Below, one piece after another: positions 9,870-19,844 of a DNA stretch of 58,420 nt (the stretch's first letter is position 1; every line of letters starts with the position of its first letter). A model generated the notes under the pieces. The model did not search any database and was not told the origin of the DNA. It worked only from the letters and a program-made list of their open reading frames with translations. Both the position numbers and the translations under genes were made by a program. The stretch comes from Myxococcota bacterium (GTDB lineage: Bacteria; Myxococcota_A; SURF-8; G963663525), in assembly GCA_963676915.2 (NCBI GenBank), contig CAXXVK010000055.1, forward strand, positions 1 to 58,420, in the 5' to 3' direction.

Positions 9870-10022
9870 GATCTCTGCTTTACGATGATTTGCTCGGAGA
9901 TTATCCTTTTGTGACGGAAACAGACAAAGTTACCAAGATTGCTGCGTCCAATCTTCCTTTCGTGATTCGAAGGTTTGATAGCCCCCAACACAATTGATTG
10001 AAGCTCCTTACACAGGATAGCG
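9870..10022 (+). pseudogene. Degenerate fragment homologous to the island primase/helicase gene (26974-27129)
   Basis: Direct nucleotide similarity: shared blocks gatctctgcttt, atgatttgctcggagatt, ccttttgtgacggaa, gattgctgcgt, tcttcctttcgtgattcgaaggtttgat and attgaagctcct, in the same order, with indels. Confidence 0.9.
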
Positions 10023-10144
10023 CCTCCTGTAATGTGTCGCACTATCTGGTTCCCTTGCCGTTCATCCTTCATTTTTCGCTAAAATCACCTTGTTTTCGTG
10101 CAATTTTGGCACAGATTGGCACAGGATTTCGGGGCATTCCTCCC

Positions 10145-12607
10145 TTATTCTTCTCCCAAATACCACTGACCATCGGTAAGACGGCGGAAGATACGTCCTT
10201 CAGTCGCCCCTGCCAGTACCTCCCCTGTGGGAAGTTTGATCAGAGTGTAAAATGTTTTCCTGTACAGGGTATAATCGTCTGCAATATTGCCTGTCGGGTA
10301 AACACCACCCAATCCTGTCCATGCCGTTAGAGGAGTCGAATATTCTTGAGTCAGGGCATCGTATTCGTACAAATATCTGGATGCCACGACCCATCGACTT
10401 TCTTCCACCTTCACCGCATCGTACAAGCAACCGGCCAACTCTCCTTGTTCGGTAACGAGTTGCGTGATTTCCTGATGCAATACGCCTGTGTGCGGATCCA
10501 TACTCCACGCTCCATTGCAACTGGAAAGGATGTAGTCCTCACCATGAACGTGAAGTGCGGCATCGGAATCGGAACGGGCGATCTCGGTCAACTGTCCCTC
10601 TTTGAGGCGATACACCACTGAATCCCCTGTCGGAATACTATTTACATCTTCCAGATCGATCGAAGCAACCAACACTATCGGACCCGTCCGGGAGCGATCC
10701 AAGAAGGTCGGATTCCAATAGTCGAACCCTTCGGGAGCAGGAATTTCGACCCAATTCGTTGCTGTATCCTCCACCGATGTGGACTTGTAATACAGGGAGC
10801 AATGGAGACGATTCGAATTCTCGATAGGCTCGCCGATGACATAGGTTTCCCCGGTTACGTCTTCCACGATGTCACGTCCCTTGACCCATCCACCTCCTTG
10901 TACCTCGACCGCTGTATGTGCTTGGGGGTCCAGCACCATTACCTGCGAGTTGTCCCCCACTCCCAACAGTCTACTACCCGTGTCGTACAGCTTGTAAACC
11001 CACTCGCTGTCTTGGGCGCCTTCTTCCCATTCATGGCAGCCGGTACGACGCATGACCGGAAGAGCGGGACCGGTTGCATGCAGTCGATAGCGGCCATCTT
11101 CCCCTTCATGCAAGGCCAATGAACGTACTTGTGTAAGAGCCATAAAACCGGGCGGTTGCAAAAGGGGATGTTCGTAGGCGACTACAAAACGATCTTCCTC
11201 CGGTCTGTAGCGAAAGGGAACGACCGAAGCGGCCACGAAAAGTTGATCCAGGTTCGGACCACCCATCTGGCGTTGGACCCAAGCCTCATAACCTAAATCA
11301 TAAGAAAAAGTCCAGGATGGTCCAATATCATCACAACTGGAAAGATCGTCTGACAAGCGAGCAAAGGGGAGAATACTTTCCTCTCCATTGCAATTCACCG
11401 GTGAGCAGGAAAAACGTGTTCCCGTTTCCCAGTCCATGTGGGCGATATACCCCAGACTTCCACCACCGAAAGAAGTATCAGTTTGATAGACATTAATGGT
11501 CGGAGGATTTCCCAAAGTTCCCTCCACCCAGATACGGTACCCCGCTGCAAGAAAATCGCAGCCGTCGGGAGCGATGGAAGTAGAAAGGAAGGTACCTCCT
11601 CGGTTCGGTGACTGCCAGATGGGAATCAGTTCCGTTTCCTCCTCGTTCAGCAGAAAGATGGTCGAACCGCCGTTTCGGTCATCATCTCTCAAGCCCCCGA
11701 AGAAGTATTTTCGTCCATTACAAAGGGTACTCGCACGTACTTCGGAGTCCCATGTTTCGTCACTACCTTGAATAGGGATACTACGCCCACTTGTTCCATC
11801 CCAACGAAATAATGGTATATTGGGCTGCGCGTAGATACTTAACCAAAAAACGCCCTCGGCATCCACTAAAAGAAAAACTCCCCTGGCTATGTCATTATTC
11901 ACTTTCTCCCAATCTTCACCTAAACCTCTGTAGTGCCAGACTCCTCTTTCACTGTTTGCGAACCAAACTCCTGATGGTGCTTGATAAATATTGTAATATC
12001 GTCCGACAGGTGGGTAGTAGGTCACCGGGTCGTCGTCTTCTGGAAAGAGAGAGACATGGTTTCCCGAAATGGCTACCATATTATCGGCTAGACTTTGAAC
12101 GGTACCCGTTTCACTGCCCGTAGGAACTCGGGGAAAATCCAATAACCAACGAGCCACCCGTGGAAGCGGCGGGGTACAAAGACCTGTCAATGGATGAGGA
12201 TCCAGAAGTTCATCTTCCTCCGTTTGATCTATTGTTTCCTCGTCTGACTCCCTGTCCGTTTCATTTTCCTCTACATCTTCTATGTCTGTGTCCTCATCGT
12301 TCAATGGGTCACCGTCTCCGGGGAGATCCTCTCCGTCCCTATCCGACATCGGGTCATCGTCGGGTGAATCTACGTTTTCTTCCACTTCTTCCGTCTCGTC
12401 GACATCAATTGTGTCTAGGGATTCATCCCAATCATAAGCTTTCTCGTCCAGATCCATATCCGAGGAGGAAGTATTTTCCTCACCTTTATCGAGTGTATCA
12501 CTCCAATCGCCATCCCCAACTCCAACGCTGCCGTTGTTCGACGAACAGGAAACCAGAAACAGCAACAGCAGCCAAACAAGCGGTTTTTTGATTTGGGGAG
12601 AAATCAT
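10145..12607 (-). CDS. Lipoprotein with Asp/Glu-rich linker and probable beta-propeller domains
   Basis: Lipobox LVSC; about 110-aa acidic stalk; Trp/Gly-rich blade-like segments; 820 aa. Confidence 0.8.
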   Translation of the reverse strand: MISPQIKKPLVWLLLLFLVSCSSNNGSVGVGDGDWSDTLDKGEENTSSSDMDLDEKAYDWDESLDTIDVDETEEVEENVDSPDDDPMSDRDGEDLPGDGDPLNDEDTDIEDVEENETDRESDEETIDQTEEDELLDPHPLTGLCTPPLPRVARWLLDFPRVPTGSETGTVQSLADNMVAISGNHVSLFPEDDDPVTYYPPVGRYYNIYQAPSGVWFANSERGVWHYRGLGEDWEKVNNDIARGVFLLVDAEGVFWLSIYAQPNIPLFRWDGTSGRSIPIQGSDETWDSEVRASTLCNGRKYFFGGLRDDDRNGGSTIFLLNEEETELIPIWQSPNRGGTFLSTSIAPDGCDFLAAGYRIWVEGTLGNPPTINVYQTDTSFGGGSLGYIAHMDWETGTRFSCSPVNCNGEESILPFARLSDDLSSCDDIGPSWTFSYDLGYEAWVQRQMGGPNLDQLFVAASVVPFRYRPEEDRFVVAYEHPLLQPPGFMALTQVRSLALHEGEDGRYRLHATGPALPVMRRTGCHEWEEGAQDSEWVYKLYDTGSRLLGVGDNSQVMVLDPQAHTAVEVQGGGWVKGRDIVEDVTGETYVIGEPIENSNRLHCSLYYKSTSVEDTATNWVEIPAPEGFDYWNPTFLDRSRTGPIVLVASIDLEDVNSIPTGDSVVYRLKEGQLTEIARSDSDAALHVHGEDYILSSCNGAWSMDPHTGVLHQEITQLVTEQGELAGCLYDAVKVEESRWVVASRYLYEYDALTQEYSTPLTAWTGLGGVYPTGNIADDYTLYRKTFYTLIKLPTGEVLAGATEGRIFRRLTDGQWYLGEE

Positions 12608-12692
12608 CGCAACCTCGTTGCCTTTTGAACGATTGTGTCAAGCAAGGAACCGATAAATACACATATCCTACAACATCTATTCTCGGAAATTT

Positions 12693-14210
12693 TTAACGGT
12701 TTAGTTTTATGCGGCTTGGTCCGAAAGAGTACCAACCGTGCTTTTCTTCTTCGTCGAACCAAAGGTTTTGTCGTAATCCGAACGAATAGCCTCCATGAGG
12801 AACTGGAAATGAAGTATAACCAAGCCCATCACAGTATTTTGATAAATAATCTTGACCATCAAAGTTTTGAGTTGTTTTATGAAATTCATAAAAATAGTGT
12901 AAATTAACTTGAATAATGCATACCTGTACCCAACCTATATAGCTTCTTAAGACTGCAACTGCCGATCCTTCAGCAACAAACAATCCTGAATTCAAGTCGA
13001 TGAAAGTGGATACTTCGGCATCGATTTCCGTCGATTCGTTCCAAATACTATTGAGGCATTCTCCTGCTTTCTCTGTATGGTTGTAAATGGTAGTCCAGGG
13101 ATCACCGGGGTAATCGTGTCCTCCCTGCACACTCCTACCAACGACCACCCGGTCCGTTCTTCCCGGAGCAACGGCAAGCTGGCCCTCGTCAGTTGTGCAA
13201 ATCGCTTCGCAGGTTCCTGAATTTTTATCGATAGCCACCACGGTCCGATTCGCACCGGCGAGTAGCCGATCCTCCATCCATCGTAGACCGACGAACGGAA
13301 GATGATCGATTTTCAGGTAGTACGTCGTGCTCGTTGCAACCGGCATCCCCCAATTTACGCCGGTACAGTCGGCGACCGTCCAGACACCGGATGGATCACG
13401 CAACGCCAGACCAAGCGGTCCCTGCACTGCCAACGTGCCGTCTTCATGCACGGCCAAAGCCCAGATCATCCCCTGCCATTCTTCCAGTTCTTCTGCGTCG
13501 TCTCCCGTCGCAACCTCATCTTGAATTGCTTCAGGAACCGTCTCGAAATACCAGCTTCCATTACGCCAGCGACCCACTTTACCCCGTGCAAATCCGGCCC
13601 AAAGCTCTGTTTCGTCTCCGACTCGGCGGCCATCGAGACAGATCACTTTTTCTCCCACCTCTTCGTCACAATGCAGGGATGGAGAAGGTTCTTCGTCGTA
13701 GACCCAGATGCCATTGAGCGCTCCGAACCAAGTGCGCCCCCCTCCATCGCTCCAAACTGCGTTGTTGTTGTTAATGTTCGTACGTCCCATGTCACGTTCG
13801 CAAGGCTCGACCGGCACATCCCAAAGCGGAGTAAAATCGTACTCGATCAACGGTGGCTCGGTATCTTCCTCCACCTCCGCTTCGTCACTCTCCGGTTCCG
13901 TTTCATTCAAATCCGGTTCACCTTCGTCCATTTCGGATTCATCTTCATCCGTGATTTCTTGTGGAATTTCTTCCTCGTCGGGATCGGCAGGAGGGATTGC
14001 CATTTCATCGACATCGAGTAAATCTACATCCGGATCGGAATCACTCGGCGGAAAATCCGAGGTCTCGACAATATCCGAATCTTCTGGAGCGATGATCGAT
14101 GCTACACCGCTTGACTCGCTACACCCACCTGCCAGCATGAAAATAGACAAGGCCAGGAATGCCACAAGATTTACAAAACCGGTGTCACGGAAAACGGATA
14201 GCAACTTCAA
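12693..14210 (-). CDS. Lipoprotein with Asp/Glu-rich linker and probable beta-propeller domain
   Basis: AGGAGG RBS, TTG start, lipobox LAGGC, acidic stalk, GRTWFGALNGIWVYD blade-like motif. Confidence 0.78.
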   Translation of the reverse strand: MKLLSVFRDTGFVNLVAFLALSIFMLAGGCSESSGVASIIAPEDSDIVETSDFPPSDSDPDVDLLDVDEMAIPPADPDEEEIPQEITDEDESEMDEGEPDLNETEPESDEAEVEEDTEPPLIEYDFTPLWDVPVEPCERDMGRTNINNNNAVWSDGGGRTWFGALNGIWVYDEEPSPSLHCDEEVGEKVICLDGRRVGDETELWAGFARGKVGRWRNGSWYFETVPEAIQDEVATGDDAEELEEWQGMIWALAVHEDGTLAVQGPLGLALRDPSGVWTVADCTGVNWGMPVATSTTYYLKIDHLPFVGLRWMEDRLLAGANRTVVAIDKNSGTCEAICTTDEGQLAVAPGRTDRVVVGRSVQGGHDYPGDPWTTIYNHTEKAGECLNSIWNESTEIDAEVSTFIDLNSGLFVAEGSAVAVLRSYIGWVQVCIIQVNLHYFYEFHKTTQNFDGQDYLSKYCDGLGYTSFPVPHGGYSFGLRQNLWFDEEEKHGWYSFGPSRIKLNR

Positions 14211-14367
14211 GATAAATCCTCCTACGATACGAATATTCTTTGGTATTGGACGCTCGAAGTCAACCTATTTGTTGCTCAGCATCTGACCCATTCCCAGCAA
14301 AATTGAAGAAAAGGAGCCTTCACGGGAATCTCTTTGGCGACCAAACCAATTTGGAGGTTTCCGCTGA

Positions 14368-14688
14368 ATGCGCCCTACGTCATTTTCCACTGGATCGAAG
14401 AAAATGGTAAGCCTACCCACTGATGCTATTCAGTTCGTAGAGCCGGCACTCAGAGGTAAAAAACCTGAAGACCTCCTCTTTCCTACCTGGTGTCAAGACA
14501 CCTCCTATCACAAACTCAAAACAGCCTGTAAGCGGCTAAACCTACCCCGGGTCGGCATGCATGACCTCCGTCACATGTGTGAAAGCCGATTTGGACCCGC
14601 TCTTGCTCAGGCTGTCCTTGGCCACAAGGATATATCGACAACGGTCGATATGTACGGTCATCTTACGGCAGCGTATTTGGGCATCTAA
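14368..14688 (+). pseudogene. C-terminal remnant of a tyrosine recombinase/integrase
   Basis: LLFP...HDLRH...LGHKDISTTVDMYGH catalytic motifs are present; the N-terminal domains and the first catalytic Arg are absent. Confidence 0.85.
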
Positions 14689-14911
14689 GATGGAAACGAC
14701 ATTCCTTAAGCAAGAGAAAATGGATAGAGTTAGCAGTCTAAGCTCTGAGCTCATACAGAGTGACGACCTAAAAGTACAGGAATTGGCCATGTTGACGGAA
14801 CTGCTCATCCGGTGCATTTACCGAGGCGGTGAAAACACACTGCGCAAGGAGGTGGAACTCACGGAGTCCTTTATTTACTCTGCACTTTTGTCAAGATTCG
14901 TCAATTTCAAT

Positions 14912-14945
14912 AAAAAAAGCCACTCACGAATGAACGTAAGTGGCT
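14912..14945 (-). terminator. Intrinsic terminator downstream of the displaced tRNA-His 3' fragment
   Basis: Minus strand AGCCACTTACG-TTCATT-CGTGAGTGGCT followed by a T-run. Confidence 0.75.
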
Positions 14946-14949
14946 GCAT

Positions 14950-15002
14950 TTTCTGGTACTGTTGGGAGGACTTGAACCTCCGACCCCCTGATCCACAATC
15001 AG
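14950..15002. repeat. att direct repeat, left copy (tRNA-His 3' fragment)
   Basis: 53 bp identical to 28970-29022: tttctggtactgttgggaggacttgaacctccgaccccctgatccacaatcag. Confidence 0.97.
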
Positions 15003-15109
15003 AATTCTACAGGATGTGTCGTTTTTAATGTAGTTTTATATACTATTAATATCCTTGACTTTTCTTTGCTATATGCCCAATACTTGCCTTGATATATTTT
15101 AGTTTATTT

Positions 15110-15160
15110 TGGTGACTTATTGGTGACTTTTCTGCTCGACTGATGACTTATAGGTGACTT
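15110..15160 (+). repeat. Putative integrase arm-type sites, left (four TGGTGACTT-like copies)
   Basis: TGGTGACTT at 15110 and 15121, TGATGACTT at 15141, AGGTGACTT at 15152 (pairs at 11-bp spacing). The same pair occurs at the other end of the element. Confidence 0.75.
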
Positions 15161-15211
15161 GTAGAGCCACTGATTTCAGCTCTCAAACCTCTGATTTTTT
15201 CGGATTTTTTC

Positions 15212-16405
15212 ATGAGACTAACGAAAAAAGCTATCGATTCGGCCAACTACAGCCCGGAAGGTCCATCGGTTCAACGGCTCTGGGACGATACTCTTTCCGG
15301 CTTCGGTGTTCGCCTATACCCGAGTGGACGAAAAAGTTTCATCTATAAATATCGCTACAAAGGCAGGCAACGAACGGCTGTAATCGGACAGTACGGCGCA
15401 ATAACCCTACAGCAAGCCAGAAATGAAGCATTCAAAATGCATACAGCGTTGCTATCTGATTTCGACCCTCTTGCTCAGAAAAACGAGCACAGGCAAATTC
15501 CCACTTTCAAAGCTTTTTGTCATGAATACCTTGAACGCCACGCCAAAACCAAGAAGAAGACTTGGCAACAAGATGAATGGCGCATCAATAAACGCATCAT
15601 TCCGACCTGGGGAACGTGGCGCGTGGATGCAATCTCCCGAAAGGATGTTGCCAATTTGCACCAAAAAATTGGAAAAACAGCACCTTATGAAGCCAATCGC
15701 GTATTGGCTCTTTTACGAAAAATGTTCGATCTTGCTATTCAGTGGGGAGTCATTGACGAAAATCGATCAAATCCTGCCAGCCGTATTCAAAAGTATCGTG
15801 AAATCAAACGTGATCGTTGGGTCACAGAAACCGAACTTCCCAAACTGGCAAAAAAGATCGATCAAGCAGAAAATGTCTTCGTCCGTGCCGCAATCTGGCT
15901 TTATTTGTTGACAGGTCTTCGAAAAATGGAGTTGTTACAAGCAAAATGGGAGGATATAGATTTTGAGCGCGAAGAGTGGCGAATCCCTGATACGAAAGCC
16001 AATCGAACGCACTACGTCCCTCTGTCTGCTTCCGCTATTGCTATCTTAAAAGCCATACCAAGGTTTGAAAATAACCCATACATTTTTCCAGGCCGTCGAA
16101 AAGGTCAACCTTTAGTCAATATCAGCAAACCCTGGAGAGCAATCCGCAAGGCGGCTGGGCTAGATGATGTCCGCTTACACGACTTGCGACGCACGGTTGG
16201 TTCATGGCTTGCGCAAAGTGGAAACAGCATGTTGGTTATCCAGAAAGCCCTCAATCACAGCACCTATAGTGCTACCCAAGTCTATGCACGTATGAGTGAA
16301 AACCCTGTGCGAACTGCCTTCATAGAACATGACAAGCATTTGATGTCGGTTGCCGGAAAGATTGATGCAGGTGAACTTATCTTGTTGCAGGGTGAAAAAG
16401 AGTAG
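15212..16405 (+). CDS. int: Tyrosine integrase with N-terminal arm-binding domain
   Basis: LWDDTLSGFGVRLYPSGRKSF arm domain; TGLRKMEL, DTK, HDLRRT, LNH and TQVYA give an intact catalytic set; adjacent to att. Confidence 0.95.
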   Translation: MRLTKKAIDSANYSPEGPSVQRLWDDTLSGFGVRLYPSGRKSFIYKYRYKGRQRTAVIGQYGAITLQQARNEAFKMHTALLSDFDPLAQKNEHRQIPTFKAFCHEYLERHAKTKKKTWQQDEWRINKRIIPTWGTWRVDAISRKDVANLHQKIGKTAPYEANRVLALLRKMFDLAIQWGVIDENRSNPASRIQKYREIKRDRWVTETELPKLAKKIDQAENVFVRAAIWLYLLTGLRKMELLQAKWEDIDFEREEWRIPDTKANRTHYVPLSASAIAILKAIPRFENNPYIFPGRRKGQPLVNISKPWRAIRKAAGLDDVRLHDLRRTVGSWLAQSGNSMLVIQKALNHSTYSATQVYARMSENPVRTAFIEHDKHLMSVAGKIDAGELILLQGEKE

Positions 16406-16755
16406 ATTCTTAAAATTCCATATCTATTGGGAGCAGACCACTTTGCAGTTGGTCCACTCAACCTGGAGTTACGGCAGTTTTTCTTCACAGAATCTATGAG
16501 TCATTACTTTGCTCCCTTTAGCTGATCTAGTTTTTTCTTTGCAACCCATTCCAAGAACTATCTACTGAATATTGTGATTTCGAGAATAATTATTCCTATC
16601 CTATGCCTTCTGAAGTACCCATACAGTAATCCATACGTAACCAAACCATTTGGAAAATTGGAAAACAATACGATTACTATGCCTTTAAAAGCTTGACAAC
16701 AATAAACCTTATAGTTTATTTTTTGTTTAATCATAGAAAATTTTAGGAGCTTTTC

Positions 16756-19374
16756 ATGAGTGAGTTTCCTGCTTCAATTTTGGAAAAATCTCGTCCATGC
16801 TTAAAATCAAAAAAATGGCTTGAAGATTTTATTGAAGCTATTTATAGTTTGTTAAAAGTGGATTTTGCGGTATATATTGAAATTGATCCAATTAAACGTA
16901 GATTTATATATCGCTGTAGTGGAGATAAAAGTTTCTGTGAAATTCATGCAGGCAAATATAATCAAATTATTCCCGAGATTCCTAATGAAAATTCAGGAAT
17001 CTCGGTTAAAGCGTATTTCGATAAGAAAGATAACAACGAATTTGATTATATTTGCCTGCCTGATGTAGAGGATAAGAAAGATCCCAATCACAAATACTAT
17101 AAAGATCTTGGAATAGGTGTAAAAAGTGAAATAAGTATTCCCATTTCCACCTCGTTTCTTGATACAGACAAGTTCACCATATCTGGTATTTTAGTACTTA
17201 GCAGTAAGCAAAAAAATTATTTCAATAATAAACAACATCCAGAACTTTTCAATAAATTGAAAACGATAATAGCAGCACTCACTTCTTCGATTTCTTGGGA
17301 GCGATTGTCAATTATTGAGGAAACTTGGAAGAAGATTTATAAAGATGTGTCTTTTTCCAATAAACATAAGAAGTTTTCTGATTTTTACAAAAATATTTTT
17401 CAAATTCTTAAAGCATTAACTCCAAACCAATTAAAATATATTGGAATATGGTTCAAGTATTCCGATGAAAAGGGTCATTACTTAATCAAGCAAAACTACG
17501 AAGACTACATGGTAGAATTGGAACGTAAGGAAGAGCACAAAATTTGTTCCGTTTATTCATTGATAACACCAACGACTGATCACGAATATAGAGACTTTTT
17601 AGAAGAGCTTGAACGATCCAAAGAGAAAGATGGGAAATACTGTTTTAAAAAAAGATTAAAAACTCTTAGATCAGCAAAATTGGATGATAAGCAAGCTTTT
17701 ATTAGCAACTATAGGCTATTAGAAAATGACATATTACTTCTTACTCCTATCCTCGATCCAATGAATCAAGACCTTCGGGGCATTATTACTTGGGTAGTCA
17801 GCAGAGATTTTGATCCTTTTATGCTATCTGATAATAATATGAAACTATTCTCCAGTCTTCTTTTCAATTCAATAGAACAGATCAAAAAAAATAAAAAACG
17901 AGAATTGAAAAAAAAGCTCTATATGGTGACAAAGAATATGTTAAACAATCAAGATTTTTTTGGAGAAAAAGTCTTACAAATCGCAAAAGATGTATTGAAC
18001 ATTGAAGGTTGTTCAATATTTTTATATGATGACTTATACAAGAGACTTAACCTTAAATATACTACCGGTATATACAGAGTGGGTACTTGTAAGTGCGCTA
18101 AATTGAAGGCGATTCCATCTAACGAATATCAGAAAATTTCCTATACAAAAGATCAGGACTTCAGCTCAAAAACCTGGGAGGCTTTTGATTCAAAAAAAAT
18201 CGTTATTTGCTATTCTTCTAATGAGTGCATTAAACATCACCCCAAAACAACAGAAGTCGCAAAAATAGAAAACTGTCGATCCTTCATGGCTGCACTAATT
18301 GAAGCTCCAGATGGTGAGAAATTAGGAGTAATCAGGTGCATTAATAAGAAAAGTCCATTTGGCGATAAAGCCAAGGACAAAGAATACTTTTCCGATGTAG
18401 ACAAAGACATGTTAGAACATTTTTCTGAAATGCTTGGAATGAGATTTCAGCTAATAGCAACTTACAAAAAAAGTATCAGCAATGAACGAACTCTTTATCA
18501 TGAGATATCAACACAATCTCTAGCGGCTTACAACCGAATAGAGTGGATATTGAAAAATACAAAACAAAGCGATTATATTCGCGAAAAATTAATAGATGTT
18601 TTTACGTGGAATTACAATATCAATTTTTATACCAGAGTTACAAATGTTTTCACTTTAAACGCCAAAGATTTAGAAAAGGAAATTGTTCCATTATTCGGGA
18701 GTATAATAATAAAATGGGTAAATGATCTAACTAGAGAAGCAAGAAAAAGAGCCATCAGTTTCAATTTAGGTGAAATACATGATCTGCCAAGAGTTTTCGT
18801 TAATTCGAATCTCATGGAAATGGCTATTTACAATCTTTTAAGAAATGCTGTGCAATATGCAATCGATGGCTCCACAGTCGAAATAGAAGGGGTGAGAATA
18901 AATAATTTTGCCGTATTAAAAATTACAAACTATGGTATACCAATTTATGAAGAAGAAAAAGAGAAAATTTTTCAAATTGATTATCGAACAAAAGAAGCAA
19001 AGATCGTCAGAAGTGAAGGAACTGGTTTAGGACTTCCCTTAGTTAACCAAATCGTAGATGAGCTACATGGAGGGATGATAGATGTAGAAAGCGTGGAAGT
19101 AGCAAAAAAAAATACAGTCCTTTTGCAGGAGATTTATAGAAGGTTTGCGCATGATTCTGAAAAATTACAGGAGTTAGTTGACAAAGAGGATATAGAAATG
19201 TTAAATATATTAAATGTGAGTAGGGGGCGAGATGTCCCAAGAATGACAGAAGCATTTGCTGATTGGTTTGTAAAAAACAAAGAATATATAATTGAAAACA
19301 AGGATGACTTTGATTATTATTTAAATAAACCAACATACAAAACAACCTTTAGTATGCATATACCGGTTAGATAA
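16756..19374 (+). CDS. Cytoplasmic multi-GAF histidine kinase
   Basis: GAF signatures (KSEISIPI...GILVLSSKQKNYF; RSFMAALI...LGVIRCINK...YFSDVD); H-box LYHEI; N-box NLLRNAVQYA; ITNYGIPI; GTGLGL. AT-rich; no TM segment evident. Confidence 0.85.
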   Translation: MSEFPASILEKSRPCLKSKKWLEDFIEAIYSLLKVDFAVYIEIDPIKRRFIYRCSGDKSFCEIHAGKYNQIIPEIPNENSGISVKAYFDKKDNNEFDYICLPDVEDKKDPNHKYYKDLGIGVKSEISIPISTSFLDTDKFTISGILVLSSKQKNYFNNKQHPELFNKLKTIIAALTSSISWERLSIIEETWKKIYKDVSFSNKHKKFSDFYKNIFQILKALTPNQLKYIGIWFKYSDEKGHYLIKQNYEDYMVELERKEEHKICSVYSLITPTTDHEYRDFLEELERSKEKDGKYCFKKRLKTLRSAKLDDKQAFISNYRLLENDILLLTPILDPMNQDLRGIITWVVSRDFDPFMLSDNNMKLFSSLLFNSIEQIKKNKKRELKKKLYMVTKNMLNNQDFFGEKVLQIAKDVLNIEGCSIFLYDDLYKRLNLKYTTGIYRVGTCKCAKLKAIPSNEYQKISYTKDQDFSSKTWEAFDSKKIVICYSSNECIKHHPKTTEVAKIENCRSFMAALIEAPDGEKLGVIRCINKKSPFGDKAKDKEYFSDVDKDMLEHFSEMLGMRFQLIATYKKSISNERTLYHEISTQSLAAYNRIEWILKNTKQSDYIREKLIDVFTWNYNINFYTRVTNVFTLNAKDLEKEIVPLFGSIIIKWVNDLTREARKRAISFNLGEIHDLPRVFVNSNLMEMAIYNLLRNAVQYAIDGSTVEIEGVRINNFAVLKITNYGIPIYEEEKEKIFQIDYRTKEAKIVRSEGTGLGLPLVNQIVDELHGGMIDVESVEVAKKNTVLLQEIYRRFAHDSEKLQELVDKEDIEMLNILNVSRGRDVPRMTEAFADWFVKNKEYIIENKDDFDYYLNKPTYKTTFSMHIPVR

Positions 19375-19406
19375 TAGCTCAGTCAAAAGCATATTAGGAT
19401 TTTAAC

Positions 19407-19835
19407 ATGAGTAAAAACATTCTATTTATTGAAGATAAGCTCGTTGATCTTTCAGACTTTGTTGAAGCTTTAGAAAAATATGGAAAAGTTTACAAAGCAA
19501 TTGGTGTACGACAGGCAAGAAATTATCTTAGTAAACATCCAAAGGAAATAAATTTCGATTTTATCATTCTGGATATTATGATGCCTCCAGAAGGTTTGTA
19601 TGAGCTAGATCAGAGTGAAGATGGAAAAGCAACTGGAATTCTTTTTTATCATGACTATATAGATATTAAAGATATTCCTACAATAGCATTCACAGCACAT
19701 GATAACGACATATTATTGGATTCTTTTTATAGAAATAATTCCAACGTTATAGGAATTATAAAAAAAAGAGCGATTTTATATCATGAGTTTAGTAAAAAAA
19801 TAATGGAAATTATTTCTCAGCATGAATGCAAATAA
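19407..19835 (+). CDS. Stand-alone response-regulator receiver domain
   Basis: ILFIED, IILDIMMP (phospho-Asp), AFTA and IIKK motifs; no output domain. Confidence 0.88.
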   Translation: MSKNILFIEDKLVDLSDFVEALEKYGKVYKAIGVRQARNYLSKHPKEINFDFIILDIMMPPEGLYELDQSEDGKATGILFYHDYIDIKDIPTIAFTAHDNDILLDSFYRNNSNVIGIIKKRAILYHEFSKKIMEIISQHECK

Positions 19836-19844
19836 CATTAAATT

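Noticed and set aside
14561-15028. 155-aa ORF crossing the left att
   Set aside because: It overlaps the integrase remnant, terminator and tRNA fragment; at most a frameshifted tail of the decayed integrase.
15110-15160. Short repeats as a possible CRISPR array
   Set aside because: Units are 9 bp with 2-11 bp gaps and no cas genes are present. No CRISPR array was seen anywhere in the window.
16403-16517. Short complementary segments after the integrase (tagattct/agaatcta; gggagca/tgctccc) suggesting a structured RNA
   Set aside because: 7-8 bp matches in AT-rich DNA, with no promoter/terminator frame or covariation evidence.
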